The notes under the pieces are model-generated. The model saw nothing but the letters and a program-made list of their open reading frames with translations, was not told where the DNA came from and searched no databases. Position numbers and translations under genes: made by a program. From a virus (Duplodnaviria; Caudoviricetes), in IMG/VR virus record IMGVR_UViG_3300020045_004267, positions 1 through 43,551 of that record: a DNA stretch of 43,551 nt. One strand, given 5' to 3'. Of the stretch, positions 39,071 through 43,551 are shown in pieces (positions within the stretch are counted from its first letter, which is position 1; each line of letters opens with the position of its first letter).

Positions 39071-39492
39071 CGCGCCCAAGGGATCAGGTTGACCCCGGCC
39101 TCATTGAACATATGGGCGACAGCATCAGACTCTTCACCCATCGCCATGAACGTCCCATCGCCGAAGTACACTTCCTTGATCCCAGCTTGAATGATGGTGC
39201 GGGCACAGGACGCGCAAGGTACATGGGTGCAGTACAGCACACAGCCTGCGGTGCTGATGCCCGACCGGGCGCAGAAGGCCACCAGGTTCGCTTCTGCATG
39301 GCTGGCATACAGATACTTCATCGGGCGTTCGCGGCGCTCTGGTGGCTCTTGTACACCAATCGGCGGGCCATTGAACCCCGTGGCGCGGATTGTCCGATTA
39401 GCGTCAACCAGCACAGCACCGACCTTTGTGCTGTCCTTCGACTTGGTTGCCGCGTGTGTTGCAAAACCTTGGAAATATTGATGCCAGTTCAT
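39067..39492 (-). CDS. dCMP deaminase family protein
   Basis: SKD.STKVGAV, TGFNG, HAEAN, PCASC, IIQAGI. Confidence 0.92.
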   Translation of the reverse strand: MNWHQYFQGFATHAATKSKDSTKVGAVLVDANRTIRATGFNGPPIGVQEPPERRERPMKYLYASHAEANLVAFCARSGISTAGCVLYCTHVPCASCARTIIQAGIKEVYFGDGTFMAMGEESDAVAHMFNEAGVNLIPWAR

Positions 39493-41183
39493 ATCAAATC
39501 CTCGATCTCGTTGCGTTTCAATTCAGCCATGATCTGCTTACCGACCCATGTGAACATCGGCACGGCCCAGCTATTCCCAAGCTGCTTGTAGCGGGCACCA
39601 TCAGATGCGCGCTTGGTGCCGACCGTCACGTCAGTAAAGCCATCTGGAAAGCCCATCAGGCGCTCGCATTCAACTGGCATCAGCCGTCGCACTGTCATCG
39701 TCGCGCCGTTGCGCATCACCACGTTGCTGTCAACCGTGTCAACATCGGTGCCCGGTGGCCGATCCCCGCCCGTCCGGTTGCCGCCTGCGCGCAATGTCGG
39801 GCTGACCTGTGATGCGAATGCGATGGTCGGCTCGTCGTAAATGACAGCGTTTTCCTGCCCGCTGTTCCGGCCCAATGGAAAGGTCAACTCGGACATTACA
39901 AGCGGGTCTTGGGTGCCGTGGATCACAGCAACGCAGGGTGCAGCATCGCCCTTGCCCGTCTCACCAGACTGCGCTTGCAGCGCGTTGACCATATCGCCCA
40001 TGTCACCACGACCGTTGCGGGCGATGCGGGGCTGAAAGGCATGAACCACGATGTCGGTGGCCCCTTTATGATCGCGGCTTTGCATGGTTGAAGCGATGTT
40101 GTCGTCAGCATATTCCCCGAAGGACAATAGCCGGTATGGCTTCAAACCATGGACATGATCATGCACAAGGTACGCGCCGCGCTGTGAAAAAAGTTCTTGG
40201 TTGGACTGACCGACTCCGCCTGTATTGTGGCATTGATTCAGGGTCGGATGCGGGTTCTGATCGTCGTCCCAGTGACTTCGACCAATTGAAGTGCCGACAG
40301 CAGATTCCACATGGGCGACGACAGCATCTTGTCCACATCTATCGCCTGATCTTGCGAACCCTGAGCCACTACTTGTAAGGCATGGTGCAATATCGTGGGT
40401 AAAGCCTTGCCCCTTCTCTCTGCTCGGAGCAGAATCCCGGCGCAGGCTTCCGAACTCAAAAAGAACCTGGCCGGGATCGAACCCCTGACGAGAACTTGCG
40501 ACAACCACAACACGCGCGCGTCGTTGGGCCAAGCCGAAATATTGGGCGTCTTTGACGACCCACGCGACTGTTCTTTCGGGTCCAACGACAACACCAGCGT
40601 TCGACCATTTTCCCCTTGGCGGTTCGAGACACACAGTTTCCCCGGCGAGTCCAGCAAGGAAGTGACCGAAGGCATTTCCTCGATCGCTGAGAACCCCGGG
40701 TACATTTTCCCAGACAATGATGCAGGGCTGATCGCCGCGCTCGGCTCGTATTGTGTCGATTGCATTGGCGAGTTCCACAAATTTCAAAGTCAGTTGTCCG
40801 CGTGGATCACTGAGACCGCCGCGCAATCCCGCCACCGAAAAGCCTTGGCATGGGGTGCCGCCACATAGCACATCAGGGGCTTCGGCGGCACCTGACATCA
40901 CCATGTCGGGCAACCGTGTCATGTCACCCCAGTTGGTGATGCTGCTGCCCCAGTCGATCTTTGTCGCGGCTTTGATGGCTTTCTGCCGATCCTTGACATC
41001 GGCATCGCTCAGACCGGGATCGCTTGGCGACAGGGGGAAGTGCGGGGCCGTGGCACCGAAGCGTTCGGCCAGAACCGATGATGCGGAAACATCAACTTCT
41101 GCGAGCCATTCGGCTTTCCAGCCAAGCGATTCCCATGCAACCGATGCCGCTTCAATTCCGCTGCAAACACTTCCAAAACGCAA
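39489..41183 (-). CDS. DNA cytosine-5 methyltransferase
   Basis: SVCSGIE (I), GGTPCQGFS (IV), ENVPG (VI), QRRAR (VIII), RRL.P.ECERLMGFP (IX), YKQLGNS (X). Confidence 0.95.
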   Translation of the reverse strand: MRFGSVCSGIEAASVAWESLGWKAEWLAEVDVSASSVLAERFGATAPHFPLSPSDPGLSDADVKDRQKAIKAATKIDWGSSITNWGDMTRLPDMVMSGAAEAPDVLCGGTPCQGFSVAGLRGGLSDPRGQLTLKFVELANAIDTIRAERGDQPCIIVWENVPGVLSDRGNAFGHFLAGLAGETVCLEPPRGKWSNAGVVVGPERTVAWVVKDAQYFGLAQRRARVVVVASSRQGFDPGQVLFEFGSLRRDSAPSREKGQGFTHDIAPCLTSSGSGFARSGDRCGQDAVVAHVESAVGTSIGRSHWDDDQNPHPTLNQCHNTGGVGQSNQELFSQRGAYLVHDHVHGLKPYRLLSFGEYADDNIASTMQSRDHKGATDIVVHAFQPRIARNGRGDMGDMVNALQAQSGETGKGDAAPCVAVIHGTQDPLVMSELTFPLGRNSGQENAVIYDEPTIAFASQVSPTLRAGGNRTGGDRPPGTDVDTVDSNVVMRNGATMTVRRLMPVECERLMGFPDGFTDVTVGTKRASDGARYKQLGNSWAVPMFTWVGKQIMAELKRNEIEDLI

Positions 41184-41244
41184 GGCGAGATCCTTTCAAG
41201 GCTCAATCACCATTAGGGTTACAAGCTGCACCTGACAAGTGATT

Positions 41245-41487
41245 CTAGATCAGATCATCGTCGGCAGGACGGGATTGCTTGGCGGGTTTCGGCTCTGCTG
41301 GTTTGATCTTCGACAGACATTCGATCAGCGCCGTCACTTCTTGCAAGGCCAGCAGGCAATCCAAGCGATATGGGTTCTCGTTGTTCTGCGAAAAACGCAC
41401 GGTGTTGTTCACCACCGAGACTTTCATGTTGCCGAAGTTGGTGTGATCACCTTCGTTCAGTCGCTCGCTGTGGCTTCGGAATGTCAT
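41245..41487 (-). CDS. Hypothetical protein (ends DDDLI)
   Basis: ATGA-coupled to upstream gene. Confidence 0.7.
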   Translation of the reverse strand: MTFRSHSERLNEGDHTNFGNMKVSVVNNTVRFSQNNENPYRLDCLLALQEVTALIECLSKIKPAEPKPAKQSRPADDDLI

Positions 41488-41771
41488 ATCAGGTCATCAT
41501 CCCTGCTGGGTTTTGCATCTTCGGTCGCGTCTTCTGGCGGGTCGTCATCGGCAATTCCATCTTCGATTGCCAGCAGCTTTTCCCGTAGCTTGAAGCCGGT
41601 GCGATCCTTCGGTTCAGCATTCACATAGGACAAGAACAACTCGGCCTTTGCTTGTGCCTTTTCAGCCGTCGATCCTTGGAACGTGGTGTAAAGGTTGTTC
41701 TTGATCCGCTCAAATTGAGCGATGAATCGGCGCTGTGGCGGCGCGGTATCGCACTCGTAAATGTGGATCAT
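41484..41771 (-). CDS. Hypothetical protein (ends DDDLI)
   Basis: ATGA-coupled at both ends; GAGGA RBS. Confidence 0.75.
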   Translation of the reverse strand: MIHIYECDTAPPQRRFIAQFERIKNNLYTTFQGSTAEKAQAKAELFLSYVNAEPKDRTGFKLREKLLAIEDGIADDDPPEDATEDAKPSRDDDLI

Positions 41772-42025
41772 ATCAGGTCATCCTCTCGCCTGTTGACCGA
41801 TACCCTTGCAGGCTTCGGATCGTCTTTCTTCAACGCCCTGACGCCACCGCGAAGGGCTTGCCGCATTGCTTCGGCAGGGTCAGAATCAAGCGCCGTTTCG
41901 ACCTTGAGCGTTCTGACATTGCGAAACTCACAGCGCCAATTCGGACCTTCCCAATCCTTCGAGAGACTCAGAGTCAGCAGACCGTTGCGCACCGCGCTTT
42001 TCAGATCATCTTCAAGGCTCACCAA
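41768..42025 (-). CDS. Hypothetical protein (ends EDDLI)
   Basis: Overlaps both neighbours in the operon. Confidence 0.7.
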   Translation of the reverse strand: MVSLEDDLKSAVRNGLLTLSLSKDWEGPNWRCEFRNVRTLKVETALDSDPAEAMRQALRGGVRALKKDDPKPARVSVNRREDDLI

Positions 42026-42315
42026 GTCACCTTCCCGAATTTACCCCGGACCTCTCGCCCAGGTGCCGCCTTGATCCGGCGCAGAAGGTTGCTCTTAGCC
42101 ATGCCCGCCGCGCGCTCTGCCGCCGATATGGAAGGGTACTCGACGCCGTTCAGCTTGCCCGGGAACATGGTGCCGCTGTTCAGACCAAGACCGACGTTGT
42201 CAAGGGGGCCCCGCTGGATGGCGCTATAGATGGCAGAGCCGTTGACGCCAAGTGCCTTACCTGCTTCGCTGTGTGACTTGTAATGCACACCTCGGATCGT
42301 CACGGGGCTGCTCAT
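42019..42315 (-). CDS. Small DNA-binding protein with two NUMOD1-like HTH repeats
   Basis: IRGVHYKSHSEAGKALGV and LNGVEYPSISAAERAAGM. Confidence 0.65.
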   Translation of the reverse strand: MSSPVTIRGVHYKSHSEAGKALGVNGSAIYSAIQRGPLDNVGLGLNSGTMFPGKLNGVEYPSISAAERAAGMAKSNLLRRIKAAPGREVRGKFGKVTW

Positions 42316-42824
42316 GCGTCTTCCATCTCAGGCTCATCATCATCATCGTCGTCACCATCCTTGAAGGTAGGATGATTGAGAGTGAATCGACCATCCATGA
42401 ACTCGGCGGCCGGGCGAGAAAAGATCAAGGCCATGTTGCCGATGGGGCTGTAGGTCACATGAACGGTCAGATCAGACTCGTTCAAATGCGAAAAGCCCAA
42501 GGCGTATTCCTTGCCACTTTTGACATGGGTGAAAGTGCAGCCCACCAGACCTTTCGTCGGCGAAGACTTCAGCAGCGCGACAAGCTGATCCTCGGTGAGT
42601 CGGGTCGGCTCTGGCTGCACAACTTCGGGCACTTCTTCGACCGGCATCGGGTATTTCAAGGCCAGCGCGTCAAGCGACAGGTCACGATCCTCGTCAGGCA
42701 ATTCGATCACGGCTGTCGTCTTGGCTTTCCATCCGCCATGACCACCCTTCGGATCAGGTTTCGATGTTGCCGCTGTTGGCGACCACTTGCCGGTGATCGT
42801 CTTCGACCAAAAAAAGAACTTCAT
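42312..42824 (-). CDS. Hypothetical protein with C-terminal DUF1653-like domain
   Basis: HVKSGKEY...E..L...V.Y...F.RPAAEF.DGRF. Confidence 0.65.
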   Translation of the reverse strand: MKFFFWSKTITGKWSPTAATSKPDPKGGHGGWKAKTTAVIELPDEDRDLSLDALALKYPMPVEEVPEVVQPEPTRLTEDQLVALLKSSPTKGLVGCTFTHVKSGKEYALGFSHLNESDLTVHVTYSPIGNMALIFSRPAAEFMDGRFTLNHPTFKDGDDDDDDEPEMEDA

Positions 42825-43219
42825 GCTTTCACCCCATCAATGTCGTCAAGCATCTGAACCATGTCGCCCGTATGGGGCGCGTCGATCCAAACAGCTTGAG
42901 GTGTTTCACCTGTGATCCTGGTAACGCGGGCGTATTCCTTCGCCCGTGCCATCGGAAACGAAGGCAGAGTCCAAAGGGATGTTGTCGCCTTCGGAAAATT
43001 GCGAGATCCCATGTTGACCATCGGCCCCAAGATAGTCTTGTACTTCCGAACGGTGCCGTCTTGGTGCATGTAAGCAAGCACTGTTCCGACGCTGGCAAAC
43101 TTGATCGACTGACCGTCAAATTTGGCGACAAGCACATTCCAAATATCCCGGCTGCGTACAGGCTTGTTGGTATCGGCCAAAACCTTGAGGATCAGCTTTT
43201 CCAGTTCTGATCTCACCAT
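42821..43219 (-). CDS. Hypothetical protein, possible winged helix
   Basis: AAGG RBS before ATG 43219; ILKVL....PVRSRDIW...SV.TVL..M...G.V. Confidence 0.6.
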   Translation of the reverse strand: MVRSELEKLILKVLADTNKPVRSRDIWNVLVAKFDGQSIKFASVGTVLAYMHQDGTVRKYKTILGPMVNMGSRNFPKATTSLWTLPSFPMARAKEYARVTRITGETPQAVWIDAPHTGDMVQMLDDIDGVKA

Positions 43220-43392
43220 GGCCGCACCTTTGGGATCGGGCTGCTTTCCAGATACTCGGCGCTTGTGTCCTCGATCACCATGACGCAAACAGCGTCGGTG
43301 TTGGGCGGCAGCAGCAGAAGCATGTCACGGCAAGCCTGCTCGTGGTTTTCGGTGAGGAACAGCATGGCCGTGGTTGCGAATGCGGTGATCAT
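43213..43392 (-). CDS. Hypothetical 59-aa protein (not in ORF track)
   Basis: Manually translated MITAFATTAMLFLTENHEQAC...PKVRPW; GAGG RBS; overlaps both neighbours. Confidence 0.55.
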   Translation of the reverse strand: MITAFATTAMLFLTENHEQACRDMLLLLPPNTDAVCVMVIEDTSAEYLESSPIPKVRPW

Positions 43393-43550
43393 TTGCGCAC
43401 CTCGTCATCACAAGGGGCCGTCTTGCCGCCGCCGAAGACATACTGCTGCCAGCCGATCCAACACCAGCGACCATCCCGGCCCTTGAGGAAGCCCCAATCG
43501 CGCTTTTTCTTGCCGGTCCATACAAGAGTGACGATCTTGCGCTCACAGGC
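43389..43550 (-). CDS. Partial gene, C-terminus of a possible cupin-like protein
   Basis: TLVWTGKKKRDWGF...W..WQQY; runs off the window end. Confidence 0.5.
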   Translation of the reverse strand, partial: ACERKIVTLVWTGKKKRDWGFLKGRDGRWCWIGWQQYVFGGGKTAPCDDEVRK

Positions 43551-43551
43551 C

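Noticed and set aside
1-43551. tRNA, rRNA, intron/intein or alternative genetic code
   Set aside because: No cloverleaf or intein motifs noticed by eye; core genes are full length in the standard code, and TAA, TAG and TGA all serve as stops

Overview
Most of a tailed dsDNA phage genome (lambda-like head, long non-contractile tail). The gene order resembles Chi-like siphoviruses (Casjensviridae-type), and an alphaproteobacterial host is an inference from protein style. The left arm has a leftward primase and Cro-like gene, then a rightward DUF2800 nuclease, DUF2815 SSB, B-family-type DNA polymerase, VRR-NUC and SNF2 helicase. The centre holds terminase, portal, S49 protease, capsid, tail (with a -1 frameshift chaperone and a lysozyme-bearing tape measure protein), tail fibre and lysis genes. 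The right arm is leftward, with two DNA methyltransferases, a dCMP deaminase and small ORFs, and is cut by the window end. Two things stand out. (1) Ten unrelated, almost all non-structural proteins end in the same C-terminal motif [D/E]-D-L-[I/A/L]-stop with synonymous codon variation, which suggests an undescribed phage-wide C-terminal tag. (2) About 1.9 kb of the tail-tip module (~30071-31990) is inverted, with genes broken at both junctions, and bases 1-61 are an exact inverted copy of 3141-3201; both may be chimeric assembly or amplification artefacts. No integrase, tRNA, CRISPR array or reverse transcriptase was seen. All family assignments come from motif recognition by eye, not database searches.
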